From Pseudomonadota bacterium (GTDB lineage: Bacteria; Bdellovibrionota_G; JALEGL01; DATDPG01), in assembly GCA_043809315.1 (NCBI GenBank), contig JAZDDX010000010.1, positions 1-64,000 on the forward strand: a DNA stretch of 64,000 nt. The letters are read 5' to 3'. Positions 1 through 10,063 of the stretch are shown here, piece by piece. Each line of letters opens with the position of its first letter. The first letter of the stretch is position 1. The translations under genes were made by a program, and so were the position numbers. The notes below the pieces were generated by a model. The model did no database searches and was not told where the DNA came from. It saw only the letters and a program-made list of their open reading frames with translations.

Positions 1-1465
1 GGTCTCGGTCGCCGCGACGGCGGTGCCGCTCCTCCTCGCGATCCAGCTCTACTTCCAATTCGATCGCGGAACGCCGGGGATGCAGTTCGTCGAGAAATAC
101 GAATGGATCTCGACGTTCAACATCCAGTACTACATGGGGACCGACGGGATCAGCGTCACGATGATCCTCCTGACGGCGCTTCTCTGCTTCCTCTGCATCT
201 TCGCTTCGTGGGGGATCGAGAAGGGGCTCAAGGGGTACTTCTTCCTCTTCCTGTTGCTCGAAACCGGGATGATCGGGACGTTCTGCGCCCTCGATCTGAT
301 CCTCTTCTACGTCTTCTGGGAGCTGATGCTCCTCCCGATGTACTTCCTGATCGGGATCTGGGGGGGACCCCGGAAGGAATACGCAGCGATCAAGTTCTTC
401 CTTTACACCCTCGTCGGCTCCGTCTTCATGCTGATCGGGTTCCTCGCGATCTATTTCTACGGCGGACAGCCGGGGACGTTCGACATGCTGGAGCTGGCAA
501 GCCGACACCAACTGCTGGCCTCGGACTCGCTCCGGATCTTAGGATTCCCTCTCGCAAAGGTCGTCTTCCTCCTTCTCTTCTTCGCTTTTGCGATCAAGGT
601 CCCGATGTTCCCGTTCCACACGTGGTTGCCGGACGCCCACGTCGAGGCGCCAACCGCCGTCAGCGTGATCCTGGCCGGAATCCTCTTGAAAATGGGGGTG
701 TACGGGATCTTCCGTCTTTGCTACCCGATCTTCCCGGAAGCGGCCACCTGGTTCGCCCCGATGATGGCGATTTTCGGCGCGATCAACATCATCTACGGAG
801 GTCTCTGCGCCATGCACCAGACCGATTTCAAGAAACTGGTCGCCTATTCGTCGGTCAGCCACATGGGGTACTGTCTCCTGGGGCTCGCGGCCTTCACCTT
901 CATGGGGTTGAACGGTGCGCTCCTGCAGATGTTCAACCACGGGACCGCCACCGCCATGCTCTTCTTGTTGGTCGGCGTGATCTACGACCGGGCCCACACG
1001 CGGGATTTGAACGGCTTCGGCGGACTCGCCCACCGGATGCCGGTCTATGCGACCGTCAGCGCCATCGCTTTCTTCGCCTCGATGGGGTTGCCCGGTCTTT
1101 CCGGGTTCATCAGCGAAGCGTTGGTTCTGCTCGGATCGTTCAATGCCGACGCCACGATGGCCCCCGGCTTCTCGAAGATCGTCCCGATGGTTTCCGGGGA
1201 GAACATCTTCAAGATCTGCACGATCATCGGCGCCCTCGGCGTCATCGTAACCGCCTCCTATCTCCTCTGGACGGTCCAGAGGATTTTCTTGGGACCGCTC
1301 AACGAGAAGTGGAAGAACCTTTCCGACATCAACGGACGGGAGATGTTCACGCTTGTTCCGCTGGTCGCTCTGGTGATCATCCTCGGCGTTTATCCGCTCC
1401 CGATCCTTCAAATGATCGGCCCGAGCCTCCAAAGCCTCACCCACTTCCTCTCCTCGGCCTGGTGA
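1..1465 (+). CDS. nuoM: NADH-quinone oxidoreductase subunit M (5' end probably outside the window)
   Basis: Hydrophobic multi-TM ORF with FYVFWELMLLPMYFLIGIWGG and PFHTWLPDAHVEAPT motifs; followed by nuoN. Confidence 0.96.
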   Translation, partial: VSVAATAVPLLLAIQLYFQFDRGTPGMQFVEKYEWISTFNIQYYMGTDGISVTMILLTALLCFLCIFASWGIEKGLKGYFFLFLLLETGMIGTFCALDLILFYVFWELMLLPMYFLIGIWGGPRKEYAAIKFFLYTLVGSVFMLIGFLAIYFYGGQPGTFDMLELASRHQLLASDSLRILGFPLAKVVFLLLFFAFAIKVPMFPFHTWLPDAHVEAPTAVSVILAGILLKMGVYGIFRLCYPIFPEAATWFAPMMAIFGAINIIYGGLCAMHQTDFKKLVAYSSVSHMGYCLLGLAAFTFMGLNGALLQMFNHGTATAMLFLLVGVIYDRAHTRDLNGFGGLAHRMPVYATVSAIAFFASMGLPGLSGFISEALVLLGSFNADATMAPGFSKIVPMVSGENIFKICTIIGALGVIVTASYLLWTVQRIFLGPLNEKWKNLSDINGREMFTLVPLVALVIILGVYPLPILQMIGPSLQSLTHFLSSAW

Positions 1466-1469
1466 CCGG

Positions 1470-2957
1470 ATGAACTGGATTCTCGACAACCGTCAAAGCC
1501 TCGGGCCGTTCCTTCCGGAAATGGTCTTGACCGGCGGCGCTCTGGTCACACTCCTCATGGGGGCTTTTCTCCCGAACTCCCGGAGATCGGTCTTCTGGGT
1601 CGCGATCCTCTCGCTTCTGACGTTTCTCGGGTTCTCCTTCGCGCTCCTCGTGAACCCTCCGCCCCCCCCGACGATCTTTTCCGGGGCCATTTCGGCCGAT
1701 TCGTTCGCCGTCTTCTTCAAAATCTTCTTCGGGATCGTGACGATCTTCACCGCTTTTTTTTCCGTCCGGTCGAGAGAGCTGGAAGAGTACCCCCCGGCGG
1801 AGCTTCTCTCGTTCTTGCTGGCTTTGACGCTAGGGATGTCGATGATGGCGGCCTCGACCGACCTCCTGATGATGTTCCTGTCATTGGAGATGGTTTCCGT
1901 TCTGTCGTACGTCCTGGTCGGATACAAAGCCGCGAATCGGGCCTCAAGCGAAGCCGGACTGAAATATATCCTGTACGGCGGCGTCGCATCGGGAGTGATG
2001 GTCTTCGGCTTCTCGTTCCTGTTCGGGCTGGTCGGGAGCACCGATTTCGTCCACCTGACCACCTACTTTCGAATGATCCATGATCCTGCGGCCTCGATGA
2101 TCGTTTTCTTCTCCCTTCTCTGCGTCCTGGCCGGGCTCGGATACAAGATGGCGACCTTCCCGACCCAGATGTGGTGTCCGGATGTCTACGAGGGAGCCCC
2201 GATCCCCGTCACGACGTTCCTCTCCGTCGGTCCGAAGGCGGCCGGTTTCGCGATGGCGATCCGCTTCTTTTATTCGGTCTTCTCGGTTCATGACGGACGG
2301 GGGGTGCCGGTCTTCGAACAGCTCCATTGGGGAACGCTGATCGCGGTCGTTTCCGCGGTCACGATGACGGTCGGGAACCTCGCGGCGATCCCTCAACGGA
2401 ACCTGAAGCGAATGATGGCCTACTCCTCGATCGCCCATGCCGGATACATGTTGATGGCTTTTGCGACGCTCACGAGGGAAGGGATCGAGGCGATCCTCTT
2501 CTACCTCATCACCTATCTTCTGATGAATCTCGGAGCGTTCTTCGTCATCCTCGTTGTCTCGAACGAACTCAAAACCGAAGAGATCGAAGGGTACCGCGGG
2601 CTCGGATGGAGAGCTCCGATCCTTGCTGTCCTTTTCGTCGTCTTCCTCTGCTCGTTGATCGGACTCCCCCCGTTCGCCGGGTTTATCGGAAAACTGTACC
2701 TCTTTTCTGCGGTGATCAATCGCGGGATGTACTGGCTTGCGGGGGTCGCAGCCCTCAATACCGTAGTCTCACTTTTCTTTTATTTTCGGGTAGTTAAGGC
2801 GATGTTCCTGGAAGAGCCGACGGACCGGTCTCCGATTCGGGTAGGAGCGTTCCACAAAGGGATGTTGATTCTGCTCGCCGTACCGACCTTGATCCTCGGA
2901 ATCTACTGGAAACCGATCTGGCTCTTTGCCGCCCAATCGGTCGGAACGTTCTTTTAG
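1470..2957 (+). CDS. nuoN: NADH-quinone oxidoreductase subunit N
   Basis: SEAGLKY, WCPDVYEGAP and KRMMAYSSIAHAGY motifs; directly after nuoM. Confidence 0.96.
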   Translation: MNWILDNRQSLGPFLPEMVLTGGALVTLLMGAFLPNSRRSVFWVAILSLLTFLGFSFALLVNPPPPPTIFSGAISADSFAVFFKIFFGIVTIFTAFFSVRSRELEEYPPAELLSFLLALTLGMSMMAASTDLLMMFLSLEMVSVLSYVLVGYKAANRASSEAGLKYILYGGVASGVMVFGFSFLFGLVGSTDFVHLTTYFRMIHDPAASMIVFFSLLCVLAGLGYKMATFPTQMWCPDVYEGAPIPVTTFLSVGPKAAGFAMAIRFFYSVFSVHDGRGVPVFEQLHWGTLIAVVSAVTMTVGNLAAIPQRNLKRMMAYSSIAHAGYMLMAFATLTREGIEAILFYLITYLLMNLGAFFVILVVSNELKTEEIEGYRGLGWRAPILAVLFVVFLCSLIGLPPFAGFIGKLYLFSAVINRGMYWLAGVAALNTVVSLFFYFRVVKAMFLEEPTDRSPIRVGAFHKGMLILLAVPTLILGIYWKPIWLFAAQSVGTFF

Positions 2958-2980
2958 GTTCTTTTTCGAATCCGAAAAAC

Positions 2981-3014
2981 AAAACGGGCACCGAAGTCGG
3001 CGCCCGTTTTTTTT
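2981..3014. terminator. Bidirectional intrinsic terminator between nuoN and the convergent small ORF
   Basis: Inverted repeat AAAACGGGC-A-CCGA..TCGG-C-GCCCGTTTT flanked by A and T tracts; the A/C mismatch becomes a G.U pair on the minus strand. Confidence 0.85.
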
Positions 3015-3032
3015 CTTCAGCTAGAAAGAGTC

Positions 3033-3110
3033 TTATTTTCTGCACTTCCTGCGTTTCTTCGAAACTTTCTTCTTTGCGACTCTCTTCTTAGCCTTTTTTT
3101 TCTTTGCCAT
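3033..3110 (-). CDS. 25-aa very basic peptide MAKKKKAKKRVAKKKVSKKRRKCRK (histone-H1/protamine-like or small ribosomal-protein-like)
   Basis: Translated by hand (below the ORF-track cut-off); AGGAG 5 nt upstream of ATG; dedicated promoter upstream and terminator downstream. Confidence 0.8.
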   Translation of the reverse strand: MAKKKKAKKRVAKKKVSKKRRKCRK

Positions 3111-3152
3111 TTTTTCTCCTGTTTAGAAGAAGAAATTTCTTCCCTGGTTTGA

Positions 3153-3181
3153 ATTATATGGAAATGGATTTTCGTTTACAA
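3153..3181 (-). promoter_or_regulatory. Sigma70-type promoter of the basic-peptide gene
   Basis: Minus strand TTGTAA (3181-3176), 17-nt spacer, TATAAT (3158-3153). Confidence 0.75.
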
Positions 3182-3342
3182 CATTTATTCCACTCTCTTC
3201 TCCGTTTCGAGTTTCGGAAAAATCTCGCGTTTCGTCTCAAAAGGTTCCCGACGCTCGCCAATTTTTGGCGTGGAGGGGTCACTGGCGCTTTCACCGGATC
3301 TCTTTATAATGAAACGAGCGTGCGAGAGGGCCGCATAGAGCC

Positions 3343-4848
3343 TTGAACTCTTTCCAGAAAAACCTGTTCCAGCTACATCTCCGTCAGTTCACCGGCAAAG
3401 TGACGTTGGCCAAGGACCAGGTTCAGAAGACCATCTATTTTCGCAAAGGAAATCCGACCTACGTCGCCTCGAACGTCCGGAGCGAAACGCTCGGGCAGAT
3501 GCTGGTCGAGGCGGGGCGCCTGACTTCCGAGCAGTATCAGAAGGCGCTCGATGTGATGCAACAGACTAAGAAGCGGCAAGGGGAGGTCCTGGTCGAGTTG
3601 GGGTTTCTGACCCCGTATCAGGTCTTCGAGGCGTTACAGGAACAGGTCGAACGGAAGTTCGAGAACTGTTTCTTGATGGAGGGGTCCGAGGTCAACATCG
3701 AAAAGGGGGAGGAGCATCTCGAGGGGATTCCCGACTTAAAAATCGATTTTTTCCGGATCTTTCTCGACTTAGCCGACCTGCACGGGATGGAGGATGACGA
3801 ACCCTTTCCCCCTGAAAAGACACTCGCCCTGACGATCCAAGGACGCGAATACCTCAAGGTCCAGCCCTTGAAGTCGAACGAATCGAAGGTGGTCCGAGCC
3901 CTTGACGGAACCCAGAAGTACGAGGAGATCGTCAATAACGCCCCCGATTCCTCGGCCGCCGAAACGCTGGCGCACGTTCTTCGTGCCCTGGGGTTCCTGG
4001 AGCTGCGCGACCCCCCACCGCAACACTTCGTCCGTCCCGCCTCCGAGGTCATCCGGGGGGATGGGAAGGAGCCGCCGCATCCCGAACGGCCGGTCGTCAC
4101 GATCGACGAAAAGCACAACCCGGCCGCACCGGTCCAGCCGATCTACACCTGGGCTCTCCGCCTCGACCGCCCCCTGACCGACCTCCTGAGCGTCGGGGTG
4201 ACCACCACGAAGGCTCAAATCAAGAAGACCTACGAAACGATCATTCGTGATCTCCATCTCGATTCCATCGAGCTAAGTTACCCGGAAAAGGACCGGAAGA
4301 TCGCGACCGACGTGTTCAACCGACTGACTCTGGCGCTGACAATCCTCGGGGACGACAAGCGCCGTCATGAATATATCAACGACCTGGTCCAAAAGAAGCC
4401 GGCGAAAGAGTCCTCCAATGCGATTCAAGCAGAGGTTTTGATCCAGAAATCGAAGATCTTAGCGTTCAAAAAGCAGTTCGTTGCGGCAGAAAAAGAGATT
4501 CAAGCGGCGATCGAACTGATGCCGAACGAATCCGGCTACCTCCTGGCGCTGGCCGACCTCCAAATGCACCGCGCAATCTCCGAGAAGGTCCCGGTCCCCA
4601 CGTCGATCGAAGCGACGTTCAAGAAGGCGCTCAGCCTCAACTCAACGGACCCGGCGATCTTCTTCCAGTACGGGCTGTACGCCAAGGTCACGGAAGATTT
4701 CGAGAAGGCGAAAGGGTGCTTCCAGAAGGTTCTCCGGATACAGCCGCATCATGCTCGGGCAACTTCGGAACTCCGGCTGGTCAACCAGCGTTCGGTCGAA
4801 AAGAAGAGGTCCGAATCGGGCATCTTCAGGTTCCTGAAGAAAAAATGA
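3343..4848 (+). CDS. DUF4388/PATAN-like + MshEN-like + degenerate J-domain-like + TPR protein
   Basis: N-terminal FTGKVTL..IYFRKGNP; LGQMLVEAG and QGEVLVELG repeats; LHLD in place of HPD; C-terminal TPR-like helices; TTG start. Confidence 0.7.
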   Translation: MNSFQKNLFQLHLRQFTGKVTLAKDQVQKTIYFRKGNPTYVASNVRSETLGQMLVEAGRLTSEQYQKALDVMQQTKKRQGEVLVELGFLTPYQVFEALQEQVERKFENCFLMEGSEVNIEKGEEHLEGIPDLKIDFFRIFLDLADLHGMEDDEPFPPEKTLALTIQGREYLKVQPLKSNESKVVRALDGTQKYEEIVNNAPDSSAAETLAHVLRALGFLELRDPPPQHFVRPASEVIRGDGKEPPHPERPVVTIDEKHNPAAPVQPIYTWALRLDRPLTDLLSVGVTTTKAQIKKTYETIIRDLHLDSIELSYPEKDRKIATDVFNRLTLALTILGDDKRRHEYINDLVQKKPAKESSNAIQAEVLIQKSKILAFKKQFVAAEKEIQAAIELMPNESGYLLALADLQMHRAISEKVPVPTSIEATFKKALSLNSTDPAIFFQYGLYAKVTEDFEKAKGCFQKVLRIQPHHARATSELRLVNQRSVEKKRSESGIFRFLKKK

Positions 4849-4861
4849 TATAAATCGGAGG

Positions 4862-6562
4862 TTGTCGAACGTCTCCCCTCCGACCGTCCGGGAACAGTTG
4901 CTCCGTCTCCAACGGGATACGTTTTCGCGTCTCGAGGAGGCGCTCCGTTCCCGTCAGATGCGGGAGACCCGGCAGCTCCGGAACTACCGCCGCCCGTACG
5001 ACCGGGAAGTCCGGAGTTACCGACGGGTGTCGTGCAAATCGGAGCTTCTCGAGAAGGTCCTAGACGCCTCGATCGTCTATTGCGGCGACTACCATACCCT
5101 CCGCCAGGCCCAGCGAACGCCGATCCGGATCTTGCGGGAGGTGCTCCCCGAACGAGACGTGCACTTGGCTCTCGAAATGGTCCCCCAGAGCTGCGAAAAA
5201 TTGGCGAACGACTACATCCGGAAACGAATCGACGAATCCCGTTTCCTCGACGGGATGAACTACCGGGAGCGTTGGGGGTTCCCCTGGGCCCACTACCGAC
5301 AGCTGTTCGTCTTCGCCCGCGAGCACGGGATCCGGATCGTCGCCCTGAACTCCGACCAAGGGGACCGCCTGGAACTGACCGCACGCGACGAACTGGCTGC
5401 GGAGCTGATCGTCCGTCACGCGCTCGCGCTTCCGGACGTCCTGATCTTCGCCCTCTACGGTGACCTTCACGTCGCCCGTGCCCATATCCCCGCACGGGTG
5501 GAAAAACTCCTCCGGAAGCACGGAATTCGCCGAAAAACGCTGACCGTCTTCCAGAATAGTGAGCCGATCTATTGGGACCTTGCCGAAAAGGAGATGGAGG
5601 AAAGGGTCGACGTGGTCGAAATTACGGCCCATTCGTATTGCATCCTGAGCGCCGCCCCCTGGATCAAGTGGCAGAGCTACCAGTCCTGGCTCGAGGACCA
5701 GAGCGATCTCTTGGACGATTCTTCGGCCGAAGATGCCGAGCCGGCCCCCGACTACTACCATCAGATCCTCGACCTTGCAGACCGGATCGGCCGTTTTCTG
5801 GAACTGGTCCCCGCCGAACTCGAGCAGTTTTCCGTATTGACGGCGAAGGATGTCCGGATCATCGACGAGATCAACACCTACTGCGAGGAGTGCGAACACC
5901 ATCATCCGACGCTGGCGGCGCTGATCCGGAGTGAAGTGGTCGAAAACGGAAGCTCTCTCTTTCCGGAACATTCTGTGCTCTATCTCGGGGACGTCTCGGA
6001 GAACCGAGCCGCCGAGAAGGCAGCCCAGTTGCTCGTCTCGAAGCTGACTCCCAGGTTTTCCGTGTACGGCCACGGAACCGATCGGAAGGAGATCTTCTAC
6101 CGCCTGGTGCTCTGGGAGGCGATCGCTTACTTCGGGTCGAAGATCGTCAACCCGAAGAGAAAATGTGATCGGTACCTCGACTTCGAACGACTCCTGAAAC
6201 AACATCATGGACGGCGTTTGCGGGGCGAGCTTCGCGCACAGCGGGAGATCGCCGTGATGGTCTTGGCGCACCGGTCGTACGAGAACCGGAGGGTGGAAAC
6301 GGGACGGAAACAGGGACTGCCGCGCCGGCTTTATCGTCTCCCACCCCAAGAGTTTTTCCGATGCGCGAGTGCCTTGGGGAAGATCCTGGCCGACCGCATG
6401 TACCACATGATGATCACCGACGAGATGTCGAAGGGAACGATCCGCGACCTGTTCCGTCCGGTGGGGGAAGGGGAACGGGAGGGGTTCGACCGGTACTGGC
6501 AGTTGGCAGGGATCGTCGCGCGCGTTCACTCCGCTCACGTCAGCAAGGAGGACCGGTTTTGA
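4862..6562 (+). CDS. ChaN/Tiki-superfamily protein with C-terminal extension
   Basis: VYCGDYH, LALEMV, WGFPW..YRQLF and LYGDLHV motifs; no signal peptide seen. Confidence 0.65.
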   Translation: MSNVSPPTVREQLLRLQRDTFSRLEEALRSRQMRETRQLRNYRRPYDREVRSYRRVSCKSELLEKVLDASIVYCGDYHTLRQAQRTPIRILREVLPERDVHLALEMVPQSCEKLANDYIRKRIDESRFLDGMNYRERWGFPWAHYRQLFVFAREHGIRIVALNSDQGDRLELTARDELAAELIVRHALALPDVLIFALYGDLHVARAHIPARVEKLLRKHGIRRKTLTVFQNSEPIYWDLAEKEMEERVDVVEITAHSYCILSAAPWIKWQSYQSWLEDQSDLLDDSSAEDAEPAPDYYHQILDLADRIGRFLELVPAELEQFSVLTAKDVRIIDEINTYCEECEHHHPTLAALIRSEVVENGSSLFPEHSVLYLGDVSENRAAEKAAQLLVSKLTPRFSVYGHGTDRKEIFYRLVLWEAIAYFGSKIVNPKRKCDRYLDFERLLKQHHGRRLRGELRAQREIAVMVLAHRSYENRRVETGRKQGLPRRLYRLPPQEFFRCASALGKILADRMYHMMITDEMSKGTIRDLFRPVGEGEREGFDRYWQLAGIVARVHSAHVSKEDRF

Positions 6563-7914
6563 ACCCACGAGTCCCGACCGCCGTTCAACGCGTAATCCGA
6601 ACCCTTCGTCGCAACGAATACCAGGGGTTCGTCGTGGGAGGGGCGGTCCGGGATATTACGCTTGGGCGGAAGCCGCGCGACTGGGACGTCGCCACCGACG
6701 CTCTCCCGGAAGCGGTCGAGAAGATCTTCCCGAAGACGGTTCCGATCGGGAAAAAATTTGGGACGGTAACGGTTTTGGGGGGCGGGATGGAGGTTCAAGT
6801 CACGACCTTCCGATCCGAGGAAAACTACAAGGACCGGAGAAGGCCGTCGAAGGTCACCTTCCATTCGCAGATCGATGTCGACCTGTCCCGTCGCGATTTC
6901 ACGATCAACGCGATGGCGTACGATCCCGAAAAGCGTCGGTTTATCGACCCGTTCTGTGGAAGGAACGATCTCAAGGCGCGGCGACTCCGGACCGTCGGAC
7001 CGGCGACCGAACGGTTCGCTGAAGACACCTTGCGCATCATCCGTGCGGGACGTTTCATCTCGGAGCTTGGCCTCCGACCCCAAGCCGGGCTTCTCTCGGC
7101 AGCCCGGGCCCAGAGCTCCAACGTGAGACGACTTTCGGCGGAACGAATCCGCGACGAGCTCTCCAAACTCCTGCTCGGCCGGGACCCGACCCGAGGTCTG
7201 GTCTGGCTCGATCGGGCGGGGGTCCTTCGAACGATTCTGCCTGAACTCTTCCGGACGAAGGGAGTGAAACAAGGGGGCGTTCACCAGTATGACGTCTTCC
7301 GACACACGCTCCGGAGCGTGGAGGAGGCTCCCGCCGATCTCACGCTACGACTGGCGCTCCTGCTTCACGACGTCGCGAAACCGATCCGACGTCGGCGGAT
7401 CGGAGGACGGTATCGTTTCTTCGGACACGAAACCGTGGGAGCTCGGATGGCCGAGAAGGTCCTCCGGCGTCTCCGTTATCCGGGGTCGGTGATCGAAGAT
7501 GTTTCGGTCCTGATCCGAAATCACCTCTTCGAAGCCGAGACGATCTTCTCCAACGACTCGGCCATTCGGCGGCTCATTCGGAAAGTAGGGGAGGAGCGGA
7601 TCGATCGCTTGGTCCTCCTTCGAAAGGCAGATGTTTTGGGGTGCGGCCACGATCGACGCCCATCGCCGAAATTCGACGAGCTGAAACGAAGGATCCGGCG
7701 GATCCGGAGAAAAAAGCATGCGCTCACGCTCCACGATCTGGCGGCCGACGGAAATGATGTCATGAAATGGCTAAAGGTGAGGCCTGGGCCGGAAGTTGGG
7801 ACGATCCTTTCCAACCTCCTAGCGGCTGTCCTGGGGAATCCAGAACTTAACAACAAGAAAACATTGAAGAAATTGGCCAGAAAAGTGAAAGCTCCGAACG
7901 CCGTTGGCGATTGA
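6559..7914 (+). CDS. cca: tRNA nucleotidyltransferase (CCA/A-adding) with HD domain
   Basis: VGGAVRD..DWDVAT, RRDFTINA, EDTLR, LLHDVAKP; TTG start overlaps the upstream stop. Confidence 0.9.
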   Translation: MNPRVPTAVQRVIRTLRRNEYQGFVVGGAVRDITLGRKPRDWDVATDALPEAVEKIFPKTVPIGKKFGTVTVLGGGMEVQVTTFRSEENYKDRRRPSKVTFHSQIDVDLSRRDFTINAMAYDPEKRRFIDPFCGRNDLKARRLRTVGPATERFAEDTLRIIRAGRFISELGLRPQAGLLSAARAQSSNVRRLSAERIRDELSKLLLGRDPTRGLVWLDRAGVLRTILPELFRTKGVKQGGVHQYDVFRHTLRSVEEAPADLTLRLALLLHDVAKPIRRRRIGGRYRFFGHETVGARMAEKVLRRLRYPGSVIEDVSVLIRNHLFEAETIFSNDSAIRRLIRKVGEERIDRLVLLRKADVLGCGHDRRPSPKFDELKRRIRRIRRKKHALTLHDLAADGNDVMKWLKVRPGPEVGTILSNLLAAVLGNPELNNKKTLKKLARKVKAPNAVGD

Positions 7915-8027
7915 AGGAGGGGTAGACGCCAACGTCGACGGAGCTTTACGATCTTGGAAGTTACACTCACTTCTAAGGAAGGTCAAGGGGTTGCGACCTC
8001 CCCCCCGTTTATGTTACCTACGCCGTA

Positions 8028-9611
8028 GTGCGTCATTTCGCCTTCCCAAACCGCCTGTTTTCTCTCGTTTTTCTGATTTCCCTCGCGGGGTGTGCCGGCT
8101 CCAGCACCACGGGAAGGGGGTCCCCCATCCTCAACCGGTCGTTCCCATCTCTCTGCGAGGCGTTTGAAGCGATCGCCTCGTACTCATTGACCCTTCACGT
8201 CTCCCGCTCCCCCTCCGACTTCAAGACAATACGAGATTCGTCTGGGGCCACACTGGCCTCCACACTGGGAGTCGCGTCTCCTTCTTCAGATACGCATAAC
8301 TGCGCCGACATCGACGAGATCGGTAAGACGTATCGCGCTCAAGCCAAAAAAGACCTTTCCGAGGCCGATCTCTACCGGAGCGCCCTCGCGTCGTTCGTTT
8401 CTCTCCTCGATCCGCACTCCAGCTACCTTTCTCCCGCAGCTCAGAAGGGCTGGGAGGCTCGATACCGCAACGAAGCGGTCGGCATCGGCGTGGCGCTCGA
8501 ACATCACGTGATCGACGAATGGCGACCCATCCAGGCGCTTCTCGTGGAGGAGGTCTTCGACAAGAGCCCGGCCACCGGGAAACTCCAGGCGGGGGACCGG
8601 ATCGTCTCGATTGACGGCACCCCCGTCCCCGGGATGATGTTTTCGGACGCGAGATTTCTGTTGAACGGCACCGATCGCTCACCCGTCTCGCTAAAGATTT
8701 CCCGGAGCGGGGATCCAATCGCGCTCACGCGCTCGTCGTTCAAGTCGATCCCGCTCCTCGCGTCGCTGGCTAAAGCCGGGGACCAAGCGATCAGTCTGAT
8801 CAAGATACGTGAGTTCACGAACGACACCTCCGCCTACCTCCGGAACGCACTCCAACAGATGGAGCAGCGTTCCGATCTCCTCGGATACGTTCTCGACTTG
8901 CGGGGATGCCCGGGCGGGGAAGCCGTTGAAGCGGCTCGGGTGGTCGACGCTTTTGTCGATCAAGGGATTGTTTTCGCGACCCAGGGGAAACCGGGGGTTT
9001 CCAAACCGTTCGATCCGAACGGGAAGGGGCCTGCCGATCAAAAGGGGGAGGAGACACGTCGGCCCGTCGTCATCCTGATCGATGCACGGACTGCCAGCGC
9101 CGCGGAGATTGTCGCCGGATCACTCAAGGAGAGCGGTCGCGCCATCGTCGTCGGGGAACGAAGCTACGGAAAAGGAACCGGTCAGCTCCCGGTCCCGGTC
9201 GGAGAAAAAAACGGTCTGGGCGGGAAGTTGAACCTCACGATGTTCCGGTACTACCTCTCGAACCGTTTCAGCCCTCAGGCTCAAGGGGTCACTCCGTCCG
9301 GCGGCCCGGAAGAGATTCTGGATCAAGATTTGGCGTCCCTCATTGCCCAACGAAAAGCGGAGAACCAACCGACGATTCTCTACGAGGAACAGGAGAAGAA
9401 CGTGGTCCCGGCGGTCGGAGGGAACTCCTCTGCCGTCCGGGTCCCCGAGGTCGGGACCGTTCTGGCCGAGATCGAACGACGGAAGAACGCCGGAAACTTC
9501 GATCATATCTGCGACACGATCGGATCCGATTGCCAGAGGGAGATGGCCCTGGCGTACCTCCAGGTCTCGGCGGAAACGGTGCCAGTCTGGCCCAGCGTAT
9601 CTCTTCCTTGA
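8028..9611 (+). CDS. S41 family C-terminal processing peptidase, lipoprotein
   Basis: Lipobox LAGC; LDPHSSY, PDZ segment, LDLRGCPGG, TASAAEI, SYGKG. Confidence 0.9.
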   Translation: MRHFAFPNRLFSLVFLISLAGCAGSSTTGRGSPILNRSFPSLCEAFEAIASYSLTLHVSRSPSDFKTIRDSSGATLASTLGVASPSSDTHNCADIDEIGKTYRAQAKKDLSEADLYRSALASFVSLLDPHSSYLSPAAQKGWEARYRNEAVGIGVALEHHVIDEWRPIQALLVEEVFDKSPATGKLQAGDRIVSIDGTPVPGMMFSDARFLLNGTDRSPVSLKISRSGDPIALTRSSFKSIPLLASLAKAGDQAISLIKIREFTNDTSAYLRNALQQMEQRSDLLGYVLDLRGCPGGEAVEAARVVDAFVDQGIVFATQGKPGVSKPFDPNGKGPADQKGEETRRPVVILIDARTASAAEIVAGSLKESGRAIVVGERSYGKGTGQLPVPVGEKNGLGGKLNLTMFRYYLSNRFSPQAQGVTPSGGPEEILDQDLASLIAQRKAENQPTILYEEQEKNVVPAVGGNSSAVRVPEVGTVLAEIERRKNAGNFDHICDTIGSDCQREMALAYLQVSAETVPVWPSVSLP

Positions 9612-9643
9612 CAGCTTAGTTCCCACCGCCTATCGCTCCCGGC

Positions 9644-10063
9644 ATGTCTCAAAAAACTCACCTCCCGAAATGGACCGAACGTCAGAGGATCCTCCACGCG
9701 GCCGGGCGGAAAGGTACCCCTGCCGAGCTGTCGGCGCTCGGTGAGCGGGCACTTATGGAAAACGCTCTGCAGGACGCGCTTGAATATTTTCGGGCCGCCG
9801 GCAACCAGGAGGGCCTGAATAAGATGGTGGAGATCGTGGTCCGGGAGGGGGACGCGTTCCTTCTTCTTGCCTTGGAACGATCGGGAACTGCCGTCAGCAA
9901 CGACCTCTGGAATCGGACCGGCGAGAAGGCACTTGAGACGGGAAAAAGGCGGTTCGCTCGGATGGCGTTCGAGAAATCAAAGAACGAGGCGAAACTCGCG
10001 AAGCTCGCCGGAGAAACGGATGATCCTGGACGTAACGACGCTGCCCCACCCGCTACGGTTTGA
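9644..10063 (+). CDS. Hypothetical helical protein
   Basis: 139-aa ORF in typical codon style; TTGACA at 9608-9613 upstream. Confidence 0.65.
   Translation: MSQKTHLPKWTERQRILHAAGRKGTPAELSALGERALMENALQDALEYFRAAGNQEGLNKMVEIVVREGDAFLLLALERSGTAVSNDLWNRTGEKALETGKRRFARMAFEKSKNEAKLAKLAGETDDPGRNDAAPPATV

Noticed and set aside
3104-3346. 80-aa plus-strand ORF (MPFFLLFRRR...)
   Set aside because: No RBS; spans a divergent promoter region; the minus-strand peptide has far better signals
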